Assembly: GCA_016290295.1 (NCBI GenBank)
Contig: JAEETJ010000009.1
Span: 27,794 to 91,793 of the forward strand
Source: Bacteroidales bacterium
Lineage (GTDB): Bacteria; Bacteroidota; Bacteroidia; Bacteroidales; WCHB1-69
Direction of reading: 5' to 3'
Length of the DNA stretch: 64,000 bases
Notes under the pieces: generated by a model
The model's database searches: none
Told to the model about the DNA's origin: nothing
Seen by the model: the letters and a program-made list of their open reading frames with translations, nothing else
Part shown: positions 32,977 to 46,600 of the stretch, piece after piece
How the letters are laid out: every line of letters starts with the position of its first letter
Numbering within the stretch: position 1 is the stretch's first letter
Translations under genes and position numbers: made by a program

Positions 32977-34422
32977 ATGAGAACAAAGTACATTGATCTG
33001 ATTTCACAGACTTACGAATTTCCGCAAGAAGAATTTAAAGTGGAAGATAATGAATTGATATTCAATACTGTTCCATTGATGGATATTATCAAGCAATACG
33101 GAACACCATTGAAAATTACCTATTTGCCGAAGATTTCGCAGAATATCCAGAAGGCCAGAAGATGGTTTAATGTGGCTATTGCAAAATCCGATTATCAGGG
33201 TGATTATCACTATTGCTATTGTACAAAAAGTTCCCATTTTGAGTTTATGTTGTCCGAAGTGCTGAAAAATGATGTGCATTTGGAGACTTCATCCGCATTT
33301 GATTTGAATCTGGTGGAGACTTTGCACGATATGGGTCAGTTCGAGAAAGACAATTATATTATATGTAATGGCTGCAAGAAGATGCAGTATATCGATAATA
33401 TTGCGATGATGCTAGATAAGGGCTTTACCAATATAATCCCAGTTCTGGATAACAAACATGAGTTTACTTTATTGGATGCGACTTTGAACTCCAAATGTAA
33501 GGTGGGTATCAGAATCGCAGCTGAAGAGGAACCGAGATTTGAGTTTTATACTTCACGCTTGGGTATCCGATACAATGATATTATTCCTTTCTATGAGAGT
33601 AAGATTAAGAAGAATCCGAAGTTTGAATTGAAGATGTTGCACTTCTTTATCAATACCGGTATCCAGGATACAGCTTATTATTGGAATGAGTTGACTAAGT
33701 GCGTGAACTTGTATTGTGATTTGAAAAAGATTTGTCCTGAATTGGATTCCCTGAACATCGGTGGTGGTTTCCCGATTAAAAACTCTCTCGGTTTTGAATA
33801 TGATTATGAGTACATGGCCGAAGAGATTGTGTCACAGATTAAACAGATTTGTGATCGTGAGGGAGTACGTGAACCGGATATATTTACGGAATTCGGTTCA
33901 TATACCGTTGGTGAATCCAGTGCGGTTCTGTTCTCTATCTTGCAACAGAAAAGACAAAACGATCGTGAGTTGTGGAATATGATTGACAGTTCTTTCATGA
34001 CTACTCTTCCGGATACTTGGGCTATCAATCAGCAGTTTATTATTCTTGCTATTAATCATTGGGATCGTGAGTATGAACGTGTTTTCTTGGGCGGTTTGAC
34101 TTGCGACAGTCACGATTACTACAATTCTGAGGCTCATTTGAATGCGGTGTTCTTGCCAAAAATCCACCAGTCAGCTGACACAAATTTCGAAGGAACGGGC
34201 AAACCGACAGAAATCAATTATGATGAAGACCCCCAATATATCGGTTTGTTCCATACGGGTGCTTATCAGGAGGCGGTCGGTGGTTATGGCGGCATCCAGC
34301 ATTGTATGTTGCCGGCTCCTAAACATATTATTATATATAGGGATGAGGATGGTGAGTTGTGCACCAAACTTTTCGCCAAGGAGCAGAGTTATAAATCCAT
34401 GTTGAAGATTTTAGGGTACTAA
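32977..34422 (+). CDS. Arginine-decarboxylase-like fold-type III PLP enzyme (Orn/DAP/Arg decarboxylase family)
   Basis: MRTKYIDLISQTYEFPQEEF...YGTPLKITYLPKIS...YCYCTKSSHF...ETSSAFD...LNIGGGFP. I prefer the start at ATG 32977 over the TTG at 32944. Confidence 0.7.
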   Translation: MRTKYIDLISQTYEFPQEEFKVEDNELIFNTVPLMDIIKQYGTPLKITYLPKISQNIQKARRWFNVAIAKSDYQGDYHYCYCTKSSHFEFMLSEVLKNDVHLETSSAFDLNLVETLHDMGQFEKDNYIICNGCKKMQYIDNIAMMLDKGFTNIIPVLDNKHEFTLLDATLNSKCKVGIRIAAEEEPRFEFYTSRLGIRYNDIIPFYESKIKKNPKFELKMLHFFINTGIQDTAYYWNELTKCVNLYCDLKKICPELDSLNIGGGFPIKNSLGFEYDYEYMAEEIVSQIKQICDREGVREPDIFTEFGSYTVGESSAVLFSILQQKRQNDRELWNMIDSSFMTTLPDTWAINQQFIILAINHWDREYERVFLGGLTCDSHDYYNSEAHLNAVFLPKIHQSADTNFEGTGKPTEINYDEDPQYIGLFHTGAYQEAVGGYGGIQHCMLPAPKHIIIYRDEDGELCTKLFAKEQSYKSMLKILGY

Positions 34423-34539
34423 TCCGTATCGTTGGTGTCTTTTCCTCATACTATACGTCTTTCGCATACGAATTAATATTAAACCATCTTCGAGGGTAAT
34501 TCGAAAATATGGAATATCTTGTATTCTATTGATATTGAT

Positions 34540-34625
34540 TCCCCTGACGGGGAAAAGGATATCCCGCAGGGATTCAATCTCAATAGAACAAAGCACCACA
34601 ACACATTTCCTATCCCGCAAGGGAT
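34540..34625. repeat. Three short GC hairpins between convergent genes
   Basis: TCCCC-TGAC-GGGGA (34540..34553), ATCCC-GCA-GGGAT (34561..34573) and ATCCC-GCAA-GGGAT (34612..34625). Confidence 0.7.
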
Positions 34626-34646
34626 TTAATATCAAAAAAATTATTT

Positions 34647-35999
34647 TTAGCGGTAAAATTCCCAAGTGTCGGTGTGACCATCGCGGTAGGTGAAGCTCCA
34701 TTGCAGCTTATGCGAGGTCAGCGTGTCGAGATGGAACTTGTACTCGTAGTCGATGCTGCCGCCAACGGCCTTGATAATCTCTTTCGCTAACTCGTCGGCA
34801 CGAGTTTTGTCGCAGCCTTTGCAGGATGTCTCCGCTACTTCCATGCTGAAACTCTCCTTGATGCCGGAGAAGTAAAAGTCTTTCTTGTTTAAGCGCCAGC
34901 GGCTGGGACTCACATAGTTGAACACATATGTAGCTGTGCCGCCATCTTTGAGTGTCGCCACATATACCTGACGGGCCGAGTCGATGGCCGTGCCGTTGGC
35001 TTGAAAATCCATCGTGCCGGTCTCATACACTTCAAGATGGTTGCCATGCAGGTCATAGTGAAAGCAGTGCGCATAGCTATAGCTTCCCGGCACTTTAGGC
35101 GTTTTTTTATGCGATTCCTCCTCAGTGATTTTCCACCAATCTTCATCAATATGGCTTAAAAACAAATAATACTCATGGGCAGGATCAGCTACCCAAGCAT
35201 GCCTTTCTAAGTCAATGTATGATTTCCAGCCGAAATCATAGTATTCTTCAATGGGTAAAAAACCTCCACAGCCGCCATCCAAATCACGGGATTCAGGAAT
35301 TCTGAAATCGCCCCAATTGCAGGTGAGCGTATCATTCGTGGCAAGATAAACCCATTTGCCGCTGTATTGGTTGTTCTCATATCCGTCGGCAACAATCTCC
35401 ATGGCATCATAATAGATGCTGTCGTTATGCACTAAGTATGAATAGCTTGAGTGACCGAATAGGCGGGCGATAGGTTTGGCATTAATATAGGCCTTCATTT
35501 CGTAATGGGCATGGATAGTCCCGTAATCTGTGACATTCACAAGAAAATCATCATACCAGTTATTCTCGCTGTTCTCGTTGGAGTTGTATGTCACTACAGA
35601 ATCAATGATAATCTGGCCTTTGATGTGGCAATACTCGTCTTTGCAACGTGAGCGTGCTTCTACCTGGTACACGGTAGGCGAGAATTTGGATACCTTGTCG
35701 AAGTGGATATAAAAGCGTTGAAAATTGTTGCCTCTGAAGCCCAATGGTTCAGGACGATACAGCCATTCGTCAGCCTTAGGCTCGTTTCCATAATCGTCCC
35801 ATTCTTTTTTTGTGGACTCCGTCCACCAGGAATAGATGCCGTCGGTCGGTGCGGTGTCGGGGTTGATCACCGTGGTGGAAAGGTCGTAACGCTCCAGGAA
35901 AGTCTTTGTCGTTTTTTGCGCATAACTTGCTGGGAAACATAGCAGAATTGTCACCATTGCTGCCAGACTCAATGTTTTTCTGAAATGCCCTTTATTCAT
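34647..35999 (-). CDS. Hypothetical secreted protein
   Basis: Signal-like N-terminus LSLAAMVTILLCFPASYAQ. No family recognised. Confidence 0.5.
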   Translation of the reverse strand: MNKGHFRKTLSLAAMVTILLCFPASYAQKTTKTFLERYDLSTTVINPDTAPTDGIYSWWTESTKKEWDDYGNEPKADEWLYRPEPLGFRGNNFQRFYIHFDKVSKFSPTVYQVEARSRCKDEYCHIKGQIIIDSVVTYNSNENSENNWYDDFLVNVTDYGTIHAHYEMKAYINAKPIARLFGHSSYSYLVHNDSIYYDAMEIVADGYENNQYSGKWVYLATNDTLTCNWGDFRIPESRDLDGGCGGFLPIEEYYDFGWKSYIDLERHAWVADPAHEYYLFLSHIDEDWWKITEEESHKKTPKVPGSYSYAHCFHYDLHGNHLEVYETGTMDFQANGTAIDSARQVYVATLKDGGTATYVFNYVSPSRWRLNKKDFYFSGIKESFSMEVAETSCKGCDKTRADELAKEIIKAVGGSIDYEYKFHLDTLTSHKLQWSFTYRDGHTDTWEFYR

Positions 36000-36071
36000 A
36001 CATTAGATACTTTTTTTGCTATTGTTTCAAACGATGAACAGCTTTTTATACCCTTTGAAATTAACAACGGG

Positions 36072-36079
36072 CAAAGATA
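36072..36079 (-). promoter_or_regulatory. Bacteroidota -7 box
   Basis: Reverse complement TATCTTTG, 73 nt upstream of start 35999. Confidence 0.4.
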
Positions 36080-36109
36080 CAATATTATTTTATGGATTGT
36101 TTTTTTAAC

Positions 36110-36117
36110 TATTTTTG
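36110..36117 (+). promoter_or_regulatory. Bacteroidota -7 box
   Basis: TATTTTTG, 59 nt before ATG 36176. Confidence 0.4.
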
Positions 36118-36175
36118 CATTTGCAAACCCAAAAATTGCATTCAGAATAACATTTATTACTAAAAGAAAGATAAG

Positions 36176-37381
36176 ATGAGCTCAATAAAAGACAGAAAAG
36201 AACGCAGGTCGTGGTGGATGCAGTTCCTGATTAGTGTTGTTGGTACTGCTATTGGTGTGGGCTTGACCTTTGCCGGTAGCAAGATGGTGGAGAATAACAA
36301 GAAGGAAGAATTGCAGCGGATGATGGCCATCATGGTGATTCATGACATTGATGAATCGATCAACAGCTTGAAAACCTTGAAGGAGAATATGGAAACGGAG
36401 TATAATGCGACGGTATATGTCAGGGAGCATCTCAACCAGTTGGATTCCGTGCCGAATGACACTCTGAGTATGGCGCTTTCATTCATTGTTGAAGATGGAG
36501 AAGAATTCCGTTTCGACAATTCAAAAGAAAAAATCTTCCATAGCAGCCCCGACACATGGCAAAACTTAGGATGCATGAAGTTTATCGACAATGTGCAGTC
36601 TTGTTATTATTACCGTCAGACGTTTCAGGACATGTTTAACAAAGCAAGCACTTGGCAAAAACCGATATCTGTAAAAGTGTATGAAGAACTGAATAATGGT
36701 GACAGTAACTTGAGTCTGGAAGAAGTTCTGGATCAATACTATGCAAAAATGCGGAAGCTGTTGAAGGAAAATTTGGAGGATGAGCATGTGAAATATTTTA
36801 TAGACTGTACACCCAGAAAGTTAGGTAGTATAGCTGGTTTATTAAAATACTGGACTCAGGTGAACGACGAGAATAAATTTCTGATGAGCATCACCGATGA
36901 AGAGATAGAAGAATATGTAAACAATATCAACACAAATGGTATCGCCGTAACAGTAAAGAGTCTGACAGGAACATGGAACTCGTCACCAATGGACGAATCG
37001 AACCAATTTGAATTCCGAAAGGACCATACTTACTCTTATGTGTCCATTGTTACATCACCGGCGAATATCAATTTTTCACAAGGAAAGCTAAAAAAGATTT
37101 ATAAAGAAACTGGGACATGGGAGCTGAAAGGGGATTCGTTAATCACAAACCCTGACAGCGTTGATTTTGAAGTGGATGCCAGCAAGATGATCGTCCAGCC
37201 GGAAAAACAAGAGATGTTGGACAGTTGGGTTCAAATTTATAAGGAAGAGTCTTTAACACACTATCAGAATTGGATCAAGGAGGGTGACGCTCGGAGATCG
37301 TGGAGTGTCCGTCTCGACGCATCGCGCGACAAGCTGGAACTGAAGAATTACAGAAGTGTATATTATAAGCGGAGTAAATAA
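36176..37381 (+). CDS. Hypothetical N-terminally membrane-anchored protein
   Basis: RKERRSWWMQFLISVVGTAIGVGLTFAG TM helix. No family recognised. Confidence 0.5.
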   Translation: MSSIKDRKERRSWWMQFLISVVGTAIGVGLTFAGSKMVENNKKEELQRMMAIMVIHDIDESINSLKTLKENMETEYNATVYVREHLNQLDSVPNDTLSMALSFIVEDGEEFRFDNSKEKIFHSSPDTWQNLGCMKFIDNVQSCYYYRQTFQDMFNKASTWQKPISVKVYEELNNGDSNLSLEEVLDQYYAKMRKLLKENLEDEHVKYFIDCTPRKLGSIAGLLKYWTQVNDENKFLMSITDEEIEEYVNNINTNGIAVTVKSLTGTWNSSPMDESNQFEFRKDHTYSYVSIVTSPANINFSQGKLKKIYKETGTWELKGDSLITNPDSVDFEVDASKMIVQPEKQEMLDSWVQIYKEESLTHYQNWIKEGDARRSWSVRLDASRDKLELKNYRSVYYKRSK

Positions 37382-37406
37382 TTTCTCTCCGTATCAATAA
37401 AATTTG

Positions 37407-37414
37407 TAAGTTTG
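37407..37414 (+). promoter_or_regulatory. Bacteroidota -7 box
   Basis: TAAGTTTG, 23 nt before ATG 37437. Confidence 0.45.
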
Positions 37415-37436
37415 CAGAAATTTTAAAACTACTATT

Positions 37437-38294
37437 ATGGATTTAACTGGAAGAAGAGAAAGTTCGAATGTGGACGACCGTCGTCGCTTGAGCGGCAAAG
37501 CCATCGGTGGTATGGGTATCGGTGGTATGATTGTTATGGGATTGATTGTCTGGATTATGGGCGGCAATCCTTTGAGTGTAATACAAAACAGTAATTTGGG
37601 CAGTTCTTCTGGCCAGACCGAAGCATACGAACCTTCCGCTGAAGAAGAAGAACTGGCGACGTTCGCCAAGCAGATTCTGGCAGGTACCGAGGATGTGTGG
37701 ACTGCTGAGTTCAAGAAGTTGGGCAAGACCTACGTTCCTCCGAAATTGGTGCTGTTTACAGGTAGTGTGCAGTCGGGCTGCGGTGGTGCCACTTCAGCTA
37801 CAGGTCCGTTCTATTGCTCGGCTGACCAGTGCGTTTATTTGGACTTGTCCTTCTTTATGAATATGAAAAAACAGTTGGGTGCTGATGGCGATTTTGCATA
37901 CGCATACGTTATTGCCCATGAGGTGGGACACCATGTGCAGTATTTGTTGGGCACCCTGAATGCCGCTCATCAGCAAATGAGTCGTGTGAGCAAGACGGAA
38001 AGCAACCAGATCAGTGTGCGACTGGAGCTGCAGGCCGACTTCTATGCTGGCATTTGGGCATACCACGATAACAAAATGTTTGGCTCCTTGCAGGATGGCG
38101 ACATTGAGGAAGGTTTGAATGTGGCTTCCAAAATTGGCGACGATTACTTGCAGAAGAAAGCCCAGGGCTACGAAGTTCCCGATTCCTTTAACCATGGTCG
38201 GTCTGAACAGCGTGTGAAATGGCTGAAGAAAGGTCTCACCACCGGTGATATCAGAAATGGCGACACCTTCTCACCGGCATACTCACAGTTATAG
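37437..38294 (+). CDS. Neutral zinc metallopeptidase (YpfJ-like)
   Basis: GRRESSNVDDRR N-terminus, a TM helix and HExxH in YVIAHEVGHHVQ. Confidence 0.85.
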   Translation: MDLTGRRESSNVDDRRRLSGKAIGGMGIGGMIVMGLIVWIMGGNPLSVIQNSNLGSSSGQTEAYEPSAEEEELATFAKQILAGTEDVWTAEFKKLGKTYVPPKLVLFTGSVQSGCGGATSATGPFYCSADQCVYLDLSFFMNMKKQLGADGDFAYAYVIAHEVGHHVQYLLGTLNAAHQQMSRVSKTESNQISVRLELQADFYAGIWAYHDNKMFGSLQDGDIEEGLNVASKIGDDYLQKKAQGYEVPDSFNHGRSEQRVKWLKKGLTTGDIRNGDTFSPAYSQL

Positions 38295-38384
38295 TCCAAC
38301 GTTTGGGCTCTCCTGTGCGTGCTTGCTTTGTTTATCGTCTACCTTTGCTTGGTACCTTACAGGCAATAGACCATCACTAATACT

Positions 38385-38409
38385 GGGGCTTACGCAAGTC
38401 CCCTTTTTT
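38385..38409 (+). terminator. Possible terminator after the metallopeptidase gene
   Basis: GGGGCTTACGCAAGTCCCC followed by TTTTTT. The stem is imperfect. Confidence 0.4.
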
Positions 38410-39343
38410 ATTCCATCCAGGTATATTTAACCTCTACGATACCCCATTCGTTATTTTGTTTTTCAAGGAGAACTTCTCCGCCTTCGTACTTGAAACGGAA
38501 GTACACAAGTGCACGGCTCATGTCGGGATTGAAGATGATATGGTTGGCTTCTGGATAGGTTTCGTATTGCCAGTAACCTCCCCAATGTCCATAGAAAATG
38601 GTGGCGGCATTATTAATGAACCCCATTTTGTCAAAACTCTTTATTGTAGCGTGTGCAGGTTGCACGATTTTCTTTTCACCTATACCCATATGTTCTTCCC
38701 CTAAAAAGTTGTCTAAAAGTTTCTTATAATTCTCTGTTAGATACACGATTTTCTTGTCAGGGAAAAATACTGCTGGACGGAAATCAATGGCGGAATCCAG
38801 TGTGATAATGGGTATGTTGGTAAAAAGAGGCCAGCAAAAACCGTCACCATAACAAGGGCGTTTTCTTTTGTCTTTTAAAACCAATTGTATTGTTTCATTT
38901 TGATAAACAGTATCGTTGGGAGATGATTGGCGGATGCGGGCTACAAAGAAGGAGTCTCTTTCATGGGGCAGGATGATGCACTCCGCTTCGGAAATCTTCC
39001 ATAAGGAGCCTTGGACAATATAATAAGGCTTGTCTTTGTAGTATGATACTCCTTTGTAATCAGACAGGAGAGGCTGGTAAAAAGCTCTGAACACTTTGTA
39101 TGCTTCGGTGAGGTAAGGCGAGTCTTCTGTCGTTTCGGTAGACTCTACGTCGTTGGCCCAGTTCTCGAAGAACTGGTATAGCTCCTCGACGGATTGGTTT
39201 TCGTAGGCGTGCTGTAGCAGAGACTCTTGCTTTGAACTTTGTCCAGAAACCTTCACTACAACAGCAATTAATGCACAAAATAATGCTAATCTTAAAAGAA
39301 GTCTTTGGTGCAAGGGTTTACTGTTGGTACCTTTGGTTTCCAT
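38408..39343 (-). CDS. Hypothetical secreted/anchored protein
   Basis: Hydrophobic N-terminus LLLRLALFCALIAVVV. No family recognised. Confidence 0.5.
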   Translation of the reverse strand: METKGTNSKPLHQRLLLRLALFCALIAVVVKVSGQSSKQESLLQHAYENQSVEELYQFFENWANDVESTETTEDSPYLTEAYKVFRAFYQPLLSDYKGVSYYKDKPYYIVQGSLWKISEAECIILPHERDSFFVARIRQSSPNDTVYQNETIQLVLKDKRKRPCYGDGFCWPLFTNIPIITLDSAIDFRPAVFFPDKKIVYLTENYKKLLDNFLGEEHMGIGEKKIVQPAHATIKSFDKMGFINNAATIFYGHWGGYWQYETYPEANHIIFNPDMSRALVYFRFKYEGGEVLLEKQNNEWGIVEVKYTWME

Positions 39344-39369
39344 GGGGTGCTGTTGATGAATCGGAAGTG

Positions 39370-39377
39370 CAAATATA
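39370..39377 (-). promoter_or_regulatory. Bacteroidota -7 box
   Basis: Reverse complement TATATTTG, 27 nt upstream of start 39343. Confidence 0.45.
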
Positions 39378-39678
39378 CAAAATGTTTCGGGATAATGTGT
39401 TTCTTATCCTGATATTTGTTGCAGCCGCAGGCAAGCTGTCAGGAGTATAGCCCAGGCAAGTTGCGAGGAATGAGAGTTATCAGTAGAAAATATTCCTTAT
39501 TTATAGTTAAAAATTCTTTATAAAATTGTTTTTACGTTTGAATTTTTTGTATCTTTGCAGGTGTGAAAAAGGAAATGTTATGACTAAAACTAATAAAAAA
39601 GAATTTACCACTAAAGTTCCGGAGTCATCTGTTTTATTTTTTTTAATCAAAATCTGTAAACAGTATTAAAATTAATAC

Positions 39679-39686
39679 TATATTTG
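39679..39686 (+). promoter_or_regulatory. Bacteroidota -7 box for hicAB
   Basis: TATATTTG, 22 nt before ATG 39708. Confidence 0.45.
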
Positions 39687-39707
39687 CACCACGAAAAAAA
39701 GGTAGTC

Positions 39708-39902
39708 ATGAAGACCGGGAAAGTACGGGAGATTATTAAGATGCTGAAGGAGGATGGTTGGTACCTTGCCTATACCAAAGGTGATCACCGTCAATTCAGG
39801 CATCCAACCAAGAAGGGCAAAGTGACCGTAAACCAAAAGTTATCCGATGATCTTGATGCATACCTGATAGAAAGTATTTTCAAACAAGCAGGATGGAAAT
39901 AA
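39708..39902 (+). CDS. hicA: HicA-family mRNA interferase toxin
   Basis: VREIIKMLKEDGWYLAYTKGDHRQFRHPTKKGKVTV...IFKQAGW. ATG at 39708, 22 nt after a -7 box. Confidence 0.8.
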   Translation: MKTGKVREIIKMLKEDGWYLAYTKGDHRQFRHPTKKGKVTVNQKLSDDLDAYLIESIFKQAGWK

Positions 39903-39929
39903 TTCCAAAATTGCCTAAAAAACAAGAGC

Positions 39930-40346
39930 ATGGAGCAAATAAAAGTACAAGTGGACTGGTGCGGCAAAAATTACGCATCCTATATTAATGACCCTCGCAT
40001 TTGTGGTGTGGTGCTTTCAACGGCTAAAACGTTCGAAAAGCTTAAACAAGAAACAGAGGAAGGTGTTAAATTCCATATTGAGGCTTGCGTCGCAGATGGT
40101 GACTCTATTCCGGAAACTATTTGCAAAGGCGAGTATGAACTGGTGTATGAAAAACGGGTAAGTGCCATTCTTCATGAGGCTCAACAATATACAACACTTA
40201 CTGCCCTTAGCCGTGTGACCGGCATACGGCATGCCCAGCTGTCACATTATGCCAACGCTGTGTCGCAACCCCGTCCAGAACAGAAAGCCCGTATATTTGA
40301 AGGACTTCACCGAATAGGAGAATCCTGTCTTGCCTTGCTGTCATAA
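39930..40346 (+). CDS. hicB: HicB-family antitoxin with C-terminal HTH
   Basis: It lies immediately downstream of hicA. The N-terminal half is HicB-like (YASYINDPRICGVVLSTAKTFEKLK...FHIE). The C-terminus LTALSRVTGIRHAQLSHYANAVSQP is HTH-like. Confidence 0.7.
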   Translation: MEQIKVQVDWCGKNYASYINDPRICGVVLSTAKTFEKLKQETEEGVKFHIEACVADGDSIPETICKGEYELVYEKRVSAILHEAQQYTTLTALSRVTGIRHAQLSHYANAVSQPRPEQKARIFEGLHRIGESCLALLS

Positions 40347-40402
40347 CGTATCAAAAATCATTTCTCATACGCACGTTTCCATGCAGTTGGTGGAAAATTG
40401 TG

Positions 40403-40410
40403 TATATTTG
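40403..40410 (+). promoter_or_regulatory. Bacteroidota -7 box
   Basis: TATATTTG, 30 nt before ATG 40440. Confidence 0.45.
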
Positions 40411-40439
40411 CATTTTAAACCATAATTAAATTTCGCGTC

Positions 40440-43551
<3,112 letters not shown>

Positions 43552-43557
43552 TTTTGT

Positions 43558-43597
43558 CTGTAGAGACGCAATGAATTGCGTCTCTACAGCTGTTTTT
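43558..43597 (+). terminator. Intrinsic terminator after ligA
   Basis: Perfect palindrome CTGTAGAGACGCAAT-GA-ATTGCGTCTCTACAG followed by CTGTTTTT. Confidence 0.75.
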
Positions 43598-43649
43598 GAC
43601 GATATTTTAGATATAGAAGCCAAAGTCCTTAACAGAGGGACCTCTTTCT

Positions 43650-46600
43650 TTATTCTTTTTTGATGCATCTTACGCTATAGCCGTTGCAGCCGGATAGGTT
43701 TTGACATTCTTGCAGGCAGTCTCCGAAAAGCTGTATGGCTATGACTTGAAGATCGGGCTTGGGAGTCGACCAGTAGTAGGTTTCGCCTAACAGATTGCTG
43801 TAGCGGTGCATGAAAGCATCATAGAAGCCTGCTGGTAGAGATGTGAAGCCGCTCTCATTAGTGCCTGGCTCATAAAGCCAGTATAGAGGTGAGCGTAGCT
43901 GTTTGACCGTGAAAGTATGGAGCTCCGCAAAATCTTCTGCCGTTGGTAAAAGCCAACCATCCGGGCAAATGCCTTGCACGTTGCCATTGGCATCGGGTGT
44001 GGAATGCGAGCCTGTGTCTATGGCGGCAAACCAGTCGTATAGTCGGCCGAAAATGTTCACATTCTCTGCTGTGTTGGGGAATTCGTAGGCATGGTATTCA
44101 TAAATCTGTTCAATGGGACGTCCATCGCTGTAATTCGTTGATTTTAAGTTTTCTATTGTCCAGCAATACTTGTTGATACGTATGGCGGGATAAGTGTTGC
44201 CGTTATAGTCAACCGCATCGGGACAAGGCAGGTATTTGGTGAACATAAGATGCAGATACACTATGCTGTCACAGCCGCAGGCAGTTTTTAGTTTGATTTC
44301 ATATAAGCCTGTGTCTGTCAGGGTTAAGCCGGCATAGTGATACTCATCAAAGGGAGTGATGACACTGTCGGGGTGCAATTGTCGATATACAGGCAGGATG
44401 GTGAGCTTGAGAAAGGTGCTGTCGTCCATTAGTGAAACCAAGGTGTCATAGTAGATTCGCCTTTCTTCACTGGGCGAGGATGTGATGTGAAAACCGTGCT
44501 TGTCGTAATCTTGACCACTGCAAATGCTGTCCTCAATCCATATCAATTCCGGAACATAGCTTTTGGTAATTACTTTCAGCATAAGACTGTCTTTTATTAA
44601 TCCACACACTGAATCTTGTATTGAAAGGTAATATTTGCCTGACATGTTGCTGTCAACGGGAATGAAAAACTGCGGATTTTGTTCATTTGAAGAAAAATCA
44701 TGGGGGCCATCCCAGTGGTAGTCAATCTCATCAAGTGTGATGGCAAAAAGTTGGCACCAGCTGCTGTCTGCGAGTGTTTTGTAAGCGCTTCCATCATCAA
44801 ACCAGACTTTTTTAATCAGTTGTTGTTCAATGACTTGTCCTTTGTAAATAAAGCTTGTACCACATTGGTCTGTCACTTTGAGATATACTGTGTCATGATG
44901 GGGTAGAGGAAGCTGGTAAAAATCTCCTACATGATTGGAATCCAGTAGGTTCCCATATTTGTCATGAATGGTGTAGAGGTAAGGCGGAATGCCGCCTTTG
45001 GCTCGGGTTCTCACAGTTGAGGCTGTGTCACCAATCTGACAGCAATAACTATAGAAATAATCGTATTGAAGCGGCTGTTTGAGAACTTTTACAATGGTGT
45101 CGCGGAAATGGCATAAGTGCTCTGCGTTGGTGTAGTTGTATTCGTCACACATTTCAATACGAATGTTACCTTCCAATGATATGTCAATGGTGTCACCGAG
45201 TTGATAATAGCCAGTGATTTTGTTGGGTAAACTGGGATTACCATAAACCCTGAAAACAGCCCTCGCAGTGGTGATGGTTGGCTCATTGGTGTATTGATTA
45301 AAACCATGTTGTTTATAATATCCTGCGAGAGGTATGATGCGTAACCCAGTGCAAGTTGGCTCTATTTGGTAAACAGCGGGTTCCGGTACATAATATTTGC
45401 CAATACCATAGTTGTTATTTCTGAAATTTTGATTCTTTTCAGTAGTATAACATCCAGAAACGTAGCGAAATGTGAATTTACCCATGGCAAGCATGTTTTC
45501 TATGGCAAGGTCTCCATGGTGATTGCTGATGGAAATATTGTTGTTGCTGTCCAGTCTGATCCATTGGTGTAGGTCTTCCTTGTAAACCATGGATATATTG
45601 CTGAATTGTCCAGGACTTTCTGTTATTTGAAATGTGTCTAAATCAGACAAGCCCGTGGAAAATGTATAATATTGGGTGAATTTGGAATAACCACAGTAAT
45701 TTGCAGTTTCAACCAAACCATATATGTTGAAGGTTGAATTGCTTATGGTCTCTATAGGTTCCGAAGACACCGTGATGTCTTTTTCGTCGATGATACAATT
45801 CATGGCGTCCAATACTTTGAATTTGGCAGTTTTCCCATGGTAAATGCTGTCAAATTCAAAGCTGTATTGGTAGGATAAATCCCCACTGTAGGTGCCTGTA
45901 ATACCTTGACTGATAATAGTATCCTCTGCGACATCTATGATGAAGTAGCGTACGTTTCTATTGCCGTCAATTCGACTGGTGAATAATCTGTTGTAATCAT
46001 TATAGGGATAGAAATCATTGTCATAATATGTTTTTTTTACATCGAGGATGTGTCTTCCACACGAATCAGTATAGCTATAACTTAACTCCGGATAATTTTT
46101 GGTCCTTGTATTGTAATGAAAGGTGGTGTTGGGCTTTTGTAAGGTGACTGTATAACTTATTTGCCCATGACATTTTGTATCAAGTATTTGCAGTTTCAGT
46201 TCATGTCCCCATAAGTCGCAGTATTTTTCGGCCGCATTGATGCTGTGCTCTGTTCTTCCAAAGATAACATTCTTCCATTCGCTGGTATCTGCCTCATGGC
46301 CATTGAGGGCGGGGTCGATCCACCGGTATTGCCAGTATACTTTGCCGCTATCCTGTTGTTGTAATATATAATAAGCTGCGTTTCGGGCAAAATGACTATT
46401 TGCATTGCTGATTGTCAAATGATTGACATAAATATTATTGTGGTTATTGCCATTGTCATTATTGGCATAATCAGTTAAAGAACCAGTGCTTTCAATGTTT
46501 GGAGTACTCAATATTTGTACTTCGTAATCGGGCAGGGTATAGCCACAAGCATCTGAAAAAGTTAGCCGGTAATTGCCAGCAGCAAGGCTGTCAACATTAT

